Shown: piece by piece, positions 19,817-31,400 of the stretch
Numbering within the stretch: the stretch's first letter is position 1
Layout: each line of letters begins with the position of its first letter
Source: a virus
Direction: 5' to 3' (one strand)
DNA: 64,000 nucleotides
IMG/VR virus record: IMGVR_UViG_3300034418_011550
Span: 32,001-96,000 of that record
Position numbers and translations under genes: made by a program
Notes under the pieces: model-generated
What the model was told of the DNA's origin: nothing
Database searches by the model: none
Seen by the model: the letters and a program-made list of their open reading frames with translations, nothing else

Positions 19817-21595
19817 ATGGCATCAACATTAATATCCCCTGGCGTACTCGCTATTGAAAACGATCAGTCGTTTCTCACCCAACAGCCAGTAACTGTAGGA
19901 GCTGCAATTATCGGCCCAACTGTGAAAGGTCCTGTTGAAATTCCTACTGTAGTAACTTCATACTCACAGTATCAAAACTTATTCGGTACAACATTTACTA
20001 GCGCAAGTAGTGTTTACACTTACTTCACTTCAATTGCAGCTTATAACTATTTTGCAAATGGTGGTGAAAGTTTGTTAGTAGCTAGAGTAGTATCAGCTTC
20101 TGATTCTTGGGCTTCAGCAACAACAGATACTGGTTCTGTAACAGGAACTAATGGTGTTCAAGATGCTGTAGGTGCTCCAGTCTCAATTATGAACTCTGCT
20201 TCATTCTCACAATCATTTGCCTTAGAAACTATTTCTATGGGTGCGATTATGAATAGTGTTGGTACAACTGGATCAAATGGAGTTTTAGATTCTGGTTCAA
20301 CTGATAACTTAAGGTGGGTAATTTCAAATCCAGACACAGCTAACGGTACTTTCTCATTAATCATTAGACAAGCTAGTGACGATAATAATAACCAAAGTGT
20401 TTTAGAAACTTGGACTAACTTATCATTAGACCCTAAAGCTGATAATTATATTTCTAAAATTATTGGTGACCAGTCAGCTTCATTTAATGGAGAAGTTGCA
20501 AACCCACAAATAACAATTGGTGGTGAATATCCAAACGCTTCAAGATATGTAAGAGTTAAATCAGTTGATCAGAAAACACCAGATTACTTTAATAACTCAG
20601 GTACTGCAAAACCAGAATTTACTGGATCTATTCCAGCAGCAGGTAGTGGTTCATTTATTGCGGGTGTAGGTGTTAATGTACCTAATGGAGCTAATAAATA
20701 TTATAACGAAATCACAGGTAACAACACTCAAGGTTTATCAGGTAGTGATTATACTAATATGATTGCTTTATTATCAAACCAAGATGATTACCAATTTAAC
20801 TTATTAGTAACTCCTGGTTTGTTCAATAACATCGGTACACATAACGGACAGATCACTAACATTATTAACAACACCCAAAACAGAGGAGATAATATTTTTG
20901 TAGTTGACTTAGCTTACTACGGTACAGCTCAAGCTACAGTAATTACTCAAGCCGCTGCTAGAAACACTTCATATGCTGCTGCTTACTGGCCTTGGTTACA
21001 AACCATTGATCCAGATACAGGAGCTAGAGTATGGGTTCCAGCTTCAACAATGATTCCAGGTGTTTATGCTTATAATGATAGTGTAAGTGAGCCTTGGTTT
21101 GCACCAGCTGGTATTAACAGAGGTGGTTTAACGACTGTAATTAGAGCAGAACAAAAATTATCTCAAACTAATAGAGATTCTTTATATGTAGGAAAAGTAA
21201 ATCCAATCGCTACATTCCCAGGAACTGGAGTTGTAGTATACGGTCAGAAAACATTACAAACTAGAGCTTCTGCTTTAGATAGAGTAAATGTTAGAAGATT
21301 GTTAATTGCATTGAAATCATATATTTCTCAAGTAGCTAATAACTTAGTATTTGAACAAAATACAGCAGCTACTAGAAACAGTTTCTTAGCTCAAGTTAAC
21401 CCATATTTAACCTCAGTACAGCAGAAACAAGGTTTATATGCTTTCAGAGTAATTATGGATGACACAAACAACACCGCTGATGTAATTGACAGAAACCAGT
21501 TAGTAGGTCAGATTTATATCCAACCAACTAAGACTGCTGAATTCATTTACTTGAACTTCAACATCTTACCAACTGGAGTAGAATTCCCAGCATAA
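19817..21595 (+). CDS. Contractile tail sheath protein (T4 gp18-like)
   Basis: LISPGV, AYNYFANGG, WFAPAGINRGGL, NPIATFPG, YGQKTLQ and RVNVRRLLI motifs. Confidence 0.95.
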   Translation: MASTLISPGVLAIENDQSFLTQQPVTVGAAIIGPTVKGPVEIPTVVTSYSQYQNLFGTTFTSASSVYTYFTSIAAYNYFANGGESLLVARVVSASDSWASATTDTGSVTGTNGVQDAVGAPVSIMNSASFSQSFALETISMGAIMNSVGTTGSNGVLDSGSTDNLRWVISNPDTANGTFSLIIRQASDDNNNQSVLETWTNLSLDPKADNYISKIIGDQSASFNGEVANPQITIGGEYPNASRYVRVKSVDQKTPDYFNNSGTAKPEFTGSIPAAGSGSFIAGVGVNVPNGANKYYNEITGNNTQGLSGSDYTNMIALLSNQDDYQFNLLVTPGLFNNIGTHNGQITNIINNTQNRGDNIFVVDLAYYGTAQATVITQAAARNTSYAAAYWPWLQTIDPDTGARVWVPASTMIPGVYAYNDSVSEPWFAPAGINRGGLTTVIRAEQKLSQTNRDSLYVGKVNPIATFPGTGVVVYGQKTLQTRASALDRVNVRRLLIALKSYISQVANNLVFEQNTAATRNSFLAQVNPYLTSVQQKQGLYAFRVIMDDTNNTADVIDRNQLVGQIYIQPTKTAEFIYLNFNILPTGVEFPA

Positions 21596-21632
21596 TTTTT
21601 TAAAAGTAGAATATTTATAACAAAATAATAAA

Positions 21633-22121
21633 ATGGCAGTATTAAATCCAAACGAAATATTTTTCACAGCGTTCGAACCTAAAACCCCTAATAGATTTAT
21701 AATGTATCTAGAGGGTATACCATCGTATTTAATCAAGGGTGTTAACGCTGTTACATTAAGCCAACCTGAAATTATGCTTAACCATATAAACGTTTATAGA
21801 AAGGTTAAAGGTAGAGCTACTTGGGGCGATATTCAGATGACATTATTCGACCCTATTACCCCATCAGGTGCTCAGGCAGTAATGGAATGGGTACGTTTAC
21901 ACCACGAATCAGTAACAGGTAGAGATGGTTACAGTGATTTCTATAAGAAAGACTTAACTATTGATATTTTAGGTCCTGTAGGTGATGTAGTATCAGAATG
22001 GGTAATTAAAGGAGCCTTTATTAAAGAAGCTAACTTCGGTGATTACAACTACGATACTGCTGATGCTGCTGTTAACATTACCTTAACAGTTGGTATGGAT
22101 TACTGCGTATTGAACTTCTAA
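21633..22121 (+). CDS. Tail tube protein (T4 gp19-like)
   Basis: Follows the sheath; EPKTPNRF, TWGDIQMTLFDP and WVIKGAF motifs. Confidence 0.9.
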   Translation: MAVLNPNEIFFTAFEPKTPNRFIMYLEGIPSYLIKGVNAVTLSQPEIMLNHINVYRKVKGRATWGDIQMTLFDPITPSGAQAVMEWVRLHHESVTGRDGYSDFYKKDLTIDILGPVGDVVSEWVIKGAFIKEANFGDYNYDTADAAVNITLTVGMDYCVLNF

Positions 22122-22142
22122 AAAAAGAATATACTTTTTATT

Positions 22143-22175
22143 AAAGAGAGCTTGGCTATGTCAAGCTCTTTTTTT
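22143..22175 (+). terminator. Rho-independent terminator after the tail tube gene
   Basis: AGAGCTTG-gctatgt-CAAGCTCT followed by a T run. Confidence 0.8.
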
Positions 22176-22218
22176 ATCTTAATATTTATCATAGATAATA
22201 GTTATTAAAAAATAGATT

Positions 22219-22959
22219 ATGAGCGAATTTAATTTCCCAACTGAGGTTGTAGACTTACCTTCAAAAGGTCTTGTTTATCCAGAATCACATCCCCTTTCAT
22301 CAGGTCAAGTTGAAATGAAATACATGACAGCTAAAGAAGAGGATATTTTAACCAACCAAGCATACATTTCTAAAGGAGTAGTTTTTGATAAATTGCTACA
22401 ATCTTTGATTGTTGATAAAACAATTAAGGTAGATGATTTGATTGTAGGTGATAAAAATGCTCTTTTGATTGCTGCTCGTATTTTAGGTTATGGTTCTGAG
22501 TATAAATTTAGTTACTTAGGAGAAGAACATACTGTTGATTTGAGTGTTCTAGAAAATAAGGAAATTGATGAATCTTTATTTACAAAAGGCCAAAACAAAT
22601 TCACTTATCTACTTCCAGCCTCTAAAATTACTTTAACTTTTAAATTAATGACTGGTAAAGATGATAGAGCAGTTGATGCTGAATTAGAAGGATATAAGAA
22701 AATAAGTAAAGATGGGTTACCTGAATTAACAACTAGATTTAAACAAATGATTTTAGCTGTTGATGGAAATGAAGATAAAAAAATTATTCGTGATTTTGTA
22801 GACAATGCTTTCTTAGCTAGAGATTCTAGAGAATTTAGAAAATACATTACAACATTCCAACCAGACATTAATACAAAAGTGACAATAACAGGTCTAGACG
22901 GTCTTGAGGAGGAGATCGATGTGCCTATTGGACTTAGCTTTTTTTGGCCTGAGTCTTGA
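22219..22959 (+). CDS. T4 gp26-like baseplate hub assembly / tail assembly chaperone-position protein
   Basis: LPSKG...MKYMTAKEEDIL resembles gp26-type N-termini; lies between tube and tape measure. Confidence 0.65.
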   Translation: MSEFNFPTEVVDLPSKGLVYPESHPLSSGQVEMKYMTAKEEDILTNQAYISKGVVFDKLLQSLIVDKTIKVDDLIVGDKNALLIAARILGYGSEYKFSYLGEEHTVDLSVLENKEIDESLFTKGQNKFTYLLPASKITLTFKLMTGKDDRAVDAELEGYKKISKDGLPELTTRFKQMILAVDGNEDKKIIRDFVDNAFLARDSREFRKYITTFQPDINTKVTITGLDGLEEEIDVPIGLSFFWPES

Positions 22960-23242
22960 TAATGCTCCTGTTGTAAGAGCAGATTTGTTTTTACAAATAC
23001 ATGATATTTGTTTTTGGGGTCAAGGAGGTTATAACTTTGAAACTGTTTATAATTTGCCTATTTGGTTAAGAAAGTTTATTTTAAACCAACTTAAAAAGCA
23101 TTACGATAAAGAAAACAACAGTGATGATGCTAACATGCAAACCACTTTGCAGAATTTAAAACAATTCCAAAACCAAAAACAAGAAATACAACAACGACCT
23201 AACCAAAAATTACTTTATAAATCAGGGACATCTAAAAAATGA
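22904..23242 (+). CDS. Overlapping ORF, candidate frameshift extension of the preceding gene (gpGT/gpE+E'-like)
   Basis: Overlaps the upstream ORF in the +1 frame across a 7-T run (22939-22945); weak independent start. Confidence 0.55.
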   Translation: MRRRSMCLLDLAFFGLSLDNAPVVRADLFLQIHDICFWGQGGYNFETVYNLPIWLRKFILNQLKKHYDKENNSDDANMQTTLQNLKQFQNQKQEIQQRPNQKLLYKSGTSKK

Positions 23243-23248
23243 TGTCCC
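23225..23248. terminator. GC-rich hairpin before the tape-measure gene
   Basis: GGGACATC-taaaaaat-GATGTCCC perfect 8-bp inverted repeat; no long U tract. Confidence 0.45.
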
Positions 23249-23264
23249 TTAATATTTATAATAT

Positions 23265-25880
23265 ATGGCTGATAACCTACAAGCTCTTTATAAACAAATA
23301 CAACAACTCCAAAAAGAAGTACAATCTTTAGGAGGTGAAGGGTTTAAAGACATTAACGCTGCTATTAAAGCAATGGGTGGTGGTCTTGATGGATCTAGAA
23401 AGGTATTACAATCTTTGCAAAAAGACGCTGATGATTTAAAAAATATTTTTGGTGGTATATCTACAACATTAAAAAATGTAGTAAATGATTTAAAAGGAGT
23501 TAGAAACCTAAATAAAGAATCTCTTAGTTCCTTTGGTAAAATAGAAGGCTTAACCAGAAAAATATCAGAACATAAAAAAGGTGAAAATGTTTTAACAATT
23601 AAGCAATTAAAAGATACTTCTAGAAAAATAGCTTTAGAAGTTGAAAATCTTGGAATTCTTCAAAAAGAATTAGAAGCTAAAAAAAGAAGTGGTAAAGCTA
23701 GTGATGATGAAATATCGGCTCTTAATGAAATAAATGAATCTTTAAAGAAAAAAACAGGTTATTTATCTGATATTAATGAACAAACAGCAAAAGAAGTACA
23801 AGCTGAAAAAGACCTCCAAAAAACTATTGGTATTACTGGAAAAATATTTGATGGTATAGCTGGTTCTTTAAAAAAGATAGGTATTGAAAGTGAGCATTTT
23901 GATGATATTAAGAAAAACATAAGAGAAGCAGCTAAAGAAGGAGGTAAATGGAAAGCTTTAAGCGCTGGTATGAGTGGTATATTCAAAGGAATAGGAGACT
24001 CATTATCAGATCCAGTTACTAAATTAGCTTTAGTCGGTAAAGCAGTTAAGAGCATATTTGGTTTTATTAAAAATGCTTTTCTTGATTTTGATAAAAAAGC
24101 GGTTGACATATCTAGAAACTTTGGTGCTACACCAAAAGCGGGTAGAGAATTAGCCCATGAGTTTAGACAAATATCAGCTAGTTCAAATAATCTGTTATCA
24201 ACAACCGGTAATTTATCCGAAGCATTTTCAGGACTAAACGCTGTAGCAGGTACATTTGCTAATTTTGGTCAAGCATCTGTTGAAACGTATAATAACTTAA
24301 CTAAAGGATTACATTTAAGTGAAGGAGCTGCTCAAGGAATATATAAGTTTTCTGTCTTACAAGGTAAAGAATTTGATAAATTTACAAACGAATTATCAGG
24401 TCAATTAGCTTTAAGAAGAGAACAATCAGGAGTAGCTTTAAGTGATAAAGCAATATATGAGTCTATAACTCAATTATCAGCTCAACAAAGATTAAACATT
24501 AAAGGAGGTACCCAAGGATTAATTGACTCAGTTATTGAGGCTAAAAAATTAGGTGCAGAGTTTAGTGATTTAAATTCAGCCGCTAACAGTTTATTACAAT
24601 TTGAAAATTCAATTGGTGCTGAGTTAGAAGCTGAATTATTAACTGGTAGAAATTTAAATCTTGAAAGAGCAAGAACAGCTGCTTTAAATGGTGACCAAGT
24701 TACCTTAGCTAAAGAATTAAAAGCACAATTAGGTAGTGCTGAAGAATTTACTAAAATGAATGTTATCCAACAGGAATCATTAGCAAAAGCTTTTGGTATG
24801 TCTGCTGACCAAGTAGCAGGTATGTTGGAAAAACAAGAAATGTTAAATGCTGCTAATAAAGCTGGTTTTAAAGATGTAGAAAGCATAGCCAAAGCGTATG
24901 GTGAAGCAGCAGATAAAGAAGCATTTTTAGCTCAAATAGGAGATGAAAGATTAAAAGCTCAAGCTTCAAACTTAACATTCCAAGAAAAAATCAATGCTTT
25001 AACTGAAAAATTCAAAGATCTTTTTATCCAAAAACTTGAACCAATGTTCACAAAGTTTTTAGGTAAGTTTGATGAATTTATTAAAGGTGGAGGTATTGAG
25101 AAAATAGTAGAAACTGCAAAAAACATTGGTAGTGTTTTTCTTTCTATAGGTAAAGTATTAACTGGACCAATAGGAAAAGTCTTAGGTTTATTAGCTGGAC
25201 TTGGAGCCCTTAAAATGTTAGTAGGAGGACTTCCTGTTAGAATTGTAGGACAAGGTCCAATGGGAGGTGCTGGTGGTGGAGGAGGATTAATGGGTTCTTT
25301 ATTTAATCAAGGAACTGTAACTTCAAAATCAGGACAAACATATGCTGCTAACTCTCCTCAAGGAAGAATGATTAGAAACATGTCTGGTCAAAAACCTGTA
25401 GGTAGAGGTCTTACAGGAATGGGAGCAGGAATGTTAGGTATGGGGGCAATGATGGCTGGTCAAGCTATTGGTGGACAAGCAGGAGGAGTATTATCTTCAG
25501 CAGGCTCAATGGCTGCTATGGGAGCTATAGCTGGTCCTATAGGAGCAGCAATTGGTGGTGTTGTTGGTTTAGCTATGGGTTTAAATGATATAAGTAAAGA
25601 AAAACAAAGACTAAAAAAAGAACAAGAATTTACCGAATCATTACAACCAAAAACAGCAGCCCAAAGAAGAGCAGCTAGAATATATGGTAATATGGCTGAA
25701 ACAGACGCTGAAATGGCCCGTTATTCAGCTATTTCAGGAGCTGGTGGAAATGGAGGTGTAGAAGAAACAAATTCATTACTAAAAACAATATCAGGACAAC
25801 TTTCAGAACAACGTGAGATTGTAATGTCAGGAAATAAAGTAGGTACAGCTGTAGCTACAGGAAATTACCAACAAGGTTAA
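23265..25880 (+). CDS. Tape measure protein
   Basis: 871 aa, helical A/K/E/L-rich; EAELLTGRNLNLERARTAAL; Gly-rich hydrophobic C-terminal segments; position in the tail operon. Confidence 0.85.
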   Translation: MADNLQALYKQIQQLQKEVQSLGGEGFKDINAAIKAMGGGLDGSRKVLQSLQKDADDLKNIFGGISTTLKNVVNDLKGVRNLNKESLSSFGKIEGLTRKISEHKKGENVLTIKQLKDTSRKIALEVENLGILQKELEAKKRSGKASDDEISALNEINESLKKKTGYLSDINEQTAKEVQAEKDLQKTIGITGKIFDGIAGSLKKIGIESEHFDDIKKNIREAAKEGGKWKALSAGMSGIFKGIGDSLSDPVTKLALVGKAVKSIFGFIKNAFLDFDKKAVDISRNFGATPKAGRELAHEFRQISASSNNLLSTTGNLSEAFSGLNAVAGTFANFGQASVETYNNLTKGLHLSEGAAQGIYKFSVLQGKEFDKFTNELSGQLALRREQSGVALSDKAIYESITQLSAQQRLNIKGGTQGLIDSVIEAKKLGAEFSDLNSAANSLLQFENSIGAELEAELLTGRNLNLERARTAALNGDQVTLAKELKAQLGSAEEFTKMNVIQQESLAKAFGMSADQVAGMLEKQEMLNAANKAGFKDVESIAKAYGEAADKEAFLAQIGDERLKAQASNLTFQEKINALTEKFKDLFIQKLEPMFTKFLGKFDEFIKGGGIEKIVETAKNIGSVFLSIGKVLTGPIGKVLGLLAGLGALKMLVGGLPVRIVGQGPMGGAGGGGGLMGSLFNQGTVTSKSGQTYAANSPQGRMIRNMSGQKPVGRGLTGMGAGMLGMGAMMAGQAIGGQAGGVLSSAGSMAAMGAIAGPIGAAIGGVVGLAMGLNDISKEKQRLKKEQEFTESLQPKTAAQRRAARIYGNMAETDAEMARYSAISGAGGNGGVEETNSLLKTISGQLSEQREIVMSGNKVGTAVATGNYQQG

Positions 25881-25913
25881 TTTTTTTAATATTTATAATA
25901 AAACAATAAAATT

Positions 25914-26195
25914 ATGGGAATTCTAGATTTATTAAAAACAAAAGGATCAGCATACTCAAGCTATAATGGTACAACTCCATTACCAAACCCAGGTGCTACT
26001 AAATCTTCTAAATTACACGCTGATGGAGACCAACCTAGTTACTCAGTTAGTGGAGCTAACAAAAATGAAGTAAATTCTGCATATCAAGAATATTTAGATG
26101 GTACTAACAATCAATTACCTCAACCTTCTATCTTAGATAGAAACAACGGTAGTGTACCTGATAATAAAAAATATCTAAATACTTTACCAGGATAA
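25914..26195 (+). CDS. Small tail/baseplate-associated protein
   Basis: Operon position; preceded by AATATTTAT. Confidence 0.55.
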   Translation: MGILDLLKTKGSAYSSYNGTTPLPNPGATKSSKLHADGDQPSYSVSGANKNEVNSAYQEYLDGTNNQLPQPSILDRNNGSVPDNKKYLNTLPG

Positions 26196-26198
26196 TAA

Positions 26199-28085
26199 AT
26201 GCCTTTAGTAGATTTACTAACAGATCTAGGTAACTTTAAATACTACTCAGGTGGTCGTGGGTATGTGTCAACGCCTAATTCTTTTGGGCAAAAAAGCATA
26301 CCTTATGGATATGACCGTCCTGGTGGAGGAAATAGTGGTCAACCTTTTGTAACTGTTAGTAAACAAAATAGTTTTGACTTATCTGTAGACCAATTAGGTA
26401 GCACTGGTTTAAATAATGATTTATTTATTAGAGGAGGAGTATCTGTTGCTAAACATGTTAAAGAAGATGAAATAAGAATTGGAAAATTTTTAGCTTCATC
26501 ACAAGGTTTACTTTGGATTGCTCAACAAAACTTATTAGAAAAAACATTTAAACCAAAATTACCAAATGATATTTATCCAAGAGAAATTTATAGTCCTTTA
26601 AATACTCTAGCTCAATTAGCAGGTAATCCTATTGGTACCCATATAAATAAATCTGGTTTAAATCCATTTTACTTTGATATACCTCATGGTCAAGGTGAAA
26701 ACTCATATCTAGTTAAAACAGATAAACAATATAATACAGAAAATACTAACCGTTTAACTTTACTATACAAATCTAAAATATCTCAACTTCCAGACTCACC
26801 AGACTTAAAAGTATCTAAAGGTTTTAGTATCAAGTTTAATGATAATGATTTTATTATAAATGATGCTTTATCTAGTTATAGAAGAGTAACTGATACAACT
26901 CTTACTATACAAAAACTAGATAATACTTTTGAATCTAATTATTCATCTTGGACCAGTGAAAAACTAAGCAATTCCGGACCTTTTAAATCAGATCCAATTT
27001 CTACTCCTTACCTTAATGATTTTAGAAGTAGAACTTATGATGGTGGTGCTGAAGCAGGAGGTGGATATAAATTTAAAAGCTTTTTAGCTAAAGGAAATTA
27101 TTCTGAAAACAACAGACAAGATACTTTTGGAATGTCTGACCCAGGAACTCGTTTTAAAGACGTTTCTGATATAACTGCTTTATCTTCAAACCAGTCTACT
27201 GATAAAATCAATACTGTTTCTTTATATAGTTCAAACAAAGTAGATACAGATTATTCAGAATCAGATTTAATACCTTTTTATTTTCAAGTAGTTAATAATG
27301 ATGACCCTTCAAATTATACTTTTGTTCATTTTAGAGCTTATATAGACAATTTTGGAGATAGTTTTACAGGAAATTGGCAATCATTTAAATATTCTGGTAG
27401 AGGTGAGAATTTTCATATTTATGATAGCTTTAATAGGTCAATTAGTTTAGGATTTACTATAGCTATTGAATCAAGACTCGAACAACAACCTCAATATAAA
27501 AAAATAAGTTATTTAGCCTCATTAACTGCTCCTGATTATTCTAACTCAACCGGATTTATGAGAGGTAATTTTGTTAAATTAACTGTAGGAGATTATTTGA
27601 CACAAACTCCTGGATTTATTAATAGTATAAATTACTCAGTAGCAAATAATGTCCCTTGGGATATAGCTAGAGACAATAATGGTAATCTTTTAGATAATGG
27701 AACTCAAATATTACCGATGGTGATTAATGTTAGTATGACCTTTACTCCTGTTCATAATTTTGTTCCTAAAACAAATGGAAATTTTGTAGGTAATGAAGAT
27801 AAATTTAACAAAGCAGCCTATATTGTTAATAGAGAAGCCGCTGAAAGGTTTGGATCTAAAGTTGATAATATAAGTGGAACAACATTAAAATCTGCTCCAA
27901 TACCAAAACCAACAAACCCTGGACAAATAAATATACCAAATAAACTCCAAAAACCATTTGTTTTAGAACCTACTAGCCAAAGAAGAATTTCAGGACCATT
28001 AAATGCTTCAACTCCTACAGATGTTCGACTTAAAAATCAATCTTTATTTAGTAGAGCTATTCCTGATGGTTTACCTAATGCTTAA
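26199..28085 (+). CDS. Baseplate tail-tube initiator-like protein (gp48/gp54-like C-terminal domain)
   Basis: FRAYIDNFGDSFTGNWQSFKYSGRGENF...FNRSISLGF...VKLTVGD pattern. Confidence 0.6.
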   Translation: MPLVDLLTDLGNFKYYSGGRGYVSTPNSFGQKSIPYGYDRPGGGNSGQPFVTVSKQNSFDLSVDQLGSTGLNNDLFIRGGVSVAKHVKEDEIRIGKFLASSQGLLWIAQQNLLEKTFKPKLPNDIYPREIYSPLNTLAQLAGNPIGTHINKSGLNPFYFDIPHGQGENSYLVKTDKQYNTENTNRLTLLYKSKISQLPDSPDLKVSKGFSIKFNDNDFIINDALSSYRRVTDTTLTIQKLDNTFESNYSSWTSEKLSNSGPFKSDPISTPYLNDFRSRTYDGGAEAGGGYKFKSFLAKGNYSENNRQDTFGMSDPGTRFKDVSDITALSSNQSTDKINTVSLYSSNKVDTDYSESDLIPFYFQVVNNDDPSNYTFVHFRAYIDNFGDSFTGNWQSFKYSGRGENFHIYDSFNRSISLGFTIAIESRLEQQPQYKKISYLASLTAPDYSNSTGFMRGNFVKLTVGDYLTQTPGFINSINYSVANNVPWDIARDNNGNLLDNGTQILPMVINVSMTFTPVHNFVPKTNGNFVGNEDKFNKAAYIVNREAAERFGSKVDNISGTTLKSAPIPKPTNPGQINIPNKLQKPFVLEPTSQRRISGPLNASTPTDVRLKNQSLFSRAIPDGLPNA

Positions 28086-28090
28086 AAGTT

Positions 28091-28402
28091 ATGAATAGAT
28101 ATAGAAATACAATAGGACAAAACACAACAAATACTGAAGGAACAATTGTTTCTTTTGTTGGAGTTAAATATCCTGACATTCCTTATACTTCTGGAGATAT
28201 TTATGTTTATACAACAGCAGGAGACCGTTTAGATAATTTAGCTAAACAGTTTTATGGCTCATCAGAATATTATTGGGTAATATCTGTAGCTAATCCTGAC
28301 TTAGGTATGGGTTCTCTTTATGTACCTGAAGGTACTCAAATTAGAATTCCAGGAAATTTAAGTAATATTATTTTAAATTTTCAGTTATTAAATAATCAGT
28401 GA
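28091..28402 (+). CDS. LysM-like baseplate wedge protein (gp53/P2 gpX-like)
   Basis: GDRLDNLAKQFYGSSEYYWVISVANP...GTQIRIP. Confidence 0.75.
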   Translation: MNRYRNTIGQNTTNTEGTIVSFVGVKYPDIPYTSGDIYVYTTAGDRLDNLAKQFYGSSEYYWVISVANPDLGMGSLYVPEGTQIRIPGNLSNIILNFQLLNNQ

Positions 28403-28403
28403 T

Positions 28404-31400
28404 ATGGCAAATATTATAGGTGAAGTTTTTGATAGATTTGTAACACAACAAGTAGAAGCTAGACAAACTCTTTTAGGTTATTCACAAGAGGGTAATACTA
28501 TTAATGATAGTGTTAACCAATGGTTACATAACAATTCAGCTTGGACTAGAATGATATCTGGTATTGATATTAGAGGACCAAGAGCGGCTGAAAGATTAGT
28601 TTCATTAAATTTAGGAGCAGATTATGCAAGTGAAAACTTAGCTAAAAATTTTATTTTATATAATGGAGTATCTTCAGTAACAGGTTCAGGAGATAGTTTA
28701 TCTTTTAATCCTTCTACAAACAATCAAGATTATTTTGCTGCTAATAGTGATTTTTCTATAACTAATTCTTATGGTTTTGCTGGATTAGATCAAGGACTAA
28801 GACCAATGCCTGGTATTGAATCTGTAAGAGTAAGTTATGTAAATAAAGGAGCTTTAGCTAATGCAGAAATCGATATAATTGCTTTTAATAAAGAACAACT
28901 AAATATAATTGATACTTTATTTTTACATCCTGGTTATAGTTTCTTATTAGAATGGGGATGGACAAGATATATTGATAATGATACAGCGACTGTTATTCAT
29001 AATGATCCAACTAGTTTAATAACTGATCCTTTTAAATCAATATTATCTAAAAAAAGCACTCAATATACTATATACAATGAAATAAAAAAAGAAAAACAAA
29101 AACAATCAGGCAATTATGATGCCTTATACTTAATTGTTAAAAATTTTAAGTTTACATTTCAACCTAATGGTACTTATAAAATAACAGTATATGCTGTAAC
29201 TCAAGGAGATTTACTTGAAAATTTAAAAATAAACACAGTATCTCCAGGAGAAGGGGCTTTAGGGGCTAAACAACAGCTTTTAGACCAAGATCAAAGAAAT
29301 AAAACAGTTGAAGACCTTAAAGCTGAGTTAGCTCTTAATGAAAGTAAAATAGCAGAAAAAGCTAAAGAACTACAAGCTCTTGAAACAGCGTTTGAGGAAT
29401 ATAAACGAAAAAATGTACTACTTATAAATACACCTAAATATAAAGAAGTAGTTGCTGCTTCTGTACCTACTATTGAAGAATTAAGAAAAGAAGTTAATGA
29501 TTTAAAAGGTAGACCAACTGAAATAAGAAATGAAATTATAACTCTTACTGGAGAAGATATAGAAGCTACAAATGTTGTAGATAGATTAGCTAATAAATCA
29601 AGGATACATTTAGAATTAAAACGTGTTAGAGATTATCTGCAAGGAAATACCGGGGGTGCTTCTCAAGATATTTTATCTATGAAAGTAGAAAAAATAGAAA
29701 AAACAAAAACAGTAAATGAAGAAGGTTTAATAATTGAAACTACAGATACTGCTAATGATTTTCTATATTTTATGAAGTTAGGTAATCTGCTAGATTTTAT
29801 TCAAAATAATCTTTTATTATATAGTACTAGCAAAAGTAACCCTTATTTTAGAATAGATACAAATAATAACAATTATTGTTTCCATTTTAGTAAACATATT
29901 TCAGCTGACCCTGAAATTTGTATGATTCCTGTAAGAGATGGAAAAATTGCTGTTCCTGAATCTTATAAAAAAGTTAGAGAAAGACCAGAAAAAATAGCTG
30001 AACTACAAAGAAAACTACAACAACAACAAAAGAATGTTGAACTTGCTCAGGATGTTCTTGAAATAAATCAATCAATTGAAAATATAGGAACAATAGATTT
30101 TTCTCCTACTACTCCTGGTGAAAGAGTATTTAATCCTTTTGAAGTCACTAAACCAAATACAGAAACTACTGAACCCGCTGGTTTTCTTGATGTTATTAAA
30201 GAACCAACAGCCGCTGAACAAGCCCTCACAGCCGCTCAACAATATTTAAAAAGTATTTCTACTGACTTAACATCTGAAAATAAAGCAGCCTCTGGGTCAA
30301 CAGATGCTTCTGGTCATCCTTTTTATGGAGGTTTACCTTCTACATTTCAATCAAATGCTGGTGGGGGAACAACAAGTAGAGATGAAGTAATACAAGAAGA
30401 AAATCTTGGAAGAGTATTTGAAAATATACCAGTAGTATTCTCAGGCTCAGCTGGTTTTACAGGACCAGAAACAATAACTATCAAAGGAGCACCAAAAGAA
30501 GTTGAGGCTTATACTATTAATTTTCCAAATTCCATTAGATATATAACTAGAAGTAGATACTTTCAGTTTGGAAAAAAAGATAATGAACCTACTAATTTAA
30601 CAGAACAAGGTTCTTGGACTATTAAAGATGGAAAATTTAAAAGAATACCAGATAAAGATAAAAGTACAACTCCTAATTTAACTAAAACTAGAAATGCTGA
30701 TGATATCGAATCGGGGTTAACATCACAAGATCTAAATACAGACTTTATTGTAAATAATTTTATTGGAAGGTTAATGGATATTCATGTTAATCTAGAATAT
30801 ATAGCAACAGTAGCTAATAATAATATAGATAAACAAGGTAATTTATCTTTAATTTCCTTTTTAAATCAATTACTAACAGGTATAAACGCTGCTTTAGGTT
30901 ATTGTCATGACTTTCAAGTAATTTATGATAGGGAAACTAATTATGTAAAAATATATGATTATAAAATTTTAAATTATGGGGGGTTAAAAGAAAAATCAAA
31001 TGCTCCTGCATTTTTTAATCTTTTTGGTTTTAAACCTATAGGTAGGTTTAATTATGGTTCTTTTATATATGATGTGAACTTCACTTCCCAATTAACTAAT
31101 GACTTTGTTAATATGATAACTATCGCTGCCCAATCTGATACTAATGTATTAGGTATGGATTATACAGGATTATCTAAATATAATGAAGGACTAGTTGATA
31201 GAATTATATCCCAAAAGAAATCAGCAGCAGAAATAGGATCAACATCTGGGGGTACAACAGTTAAAGACCTTAATAATCTTTATAATACCGCTAAAACTTT
31301 TGCTCAAGATATTTGGGGACAATTAAGTATAAACAGAGGTGAGGTAGATGCTTTTATGTCTGCTAATAGAGACTTAGCCAACTACGAAATTAATAACTCT

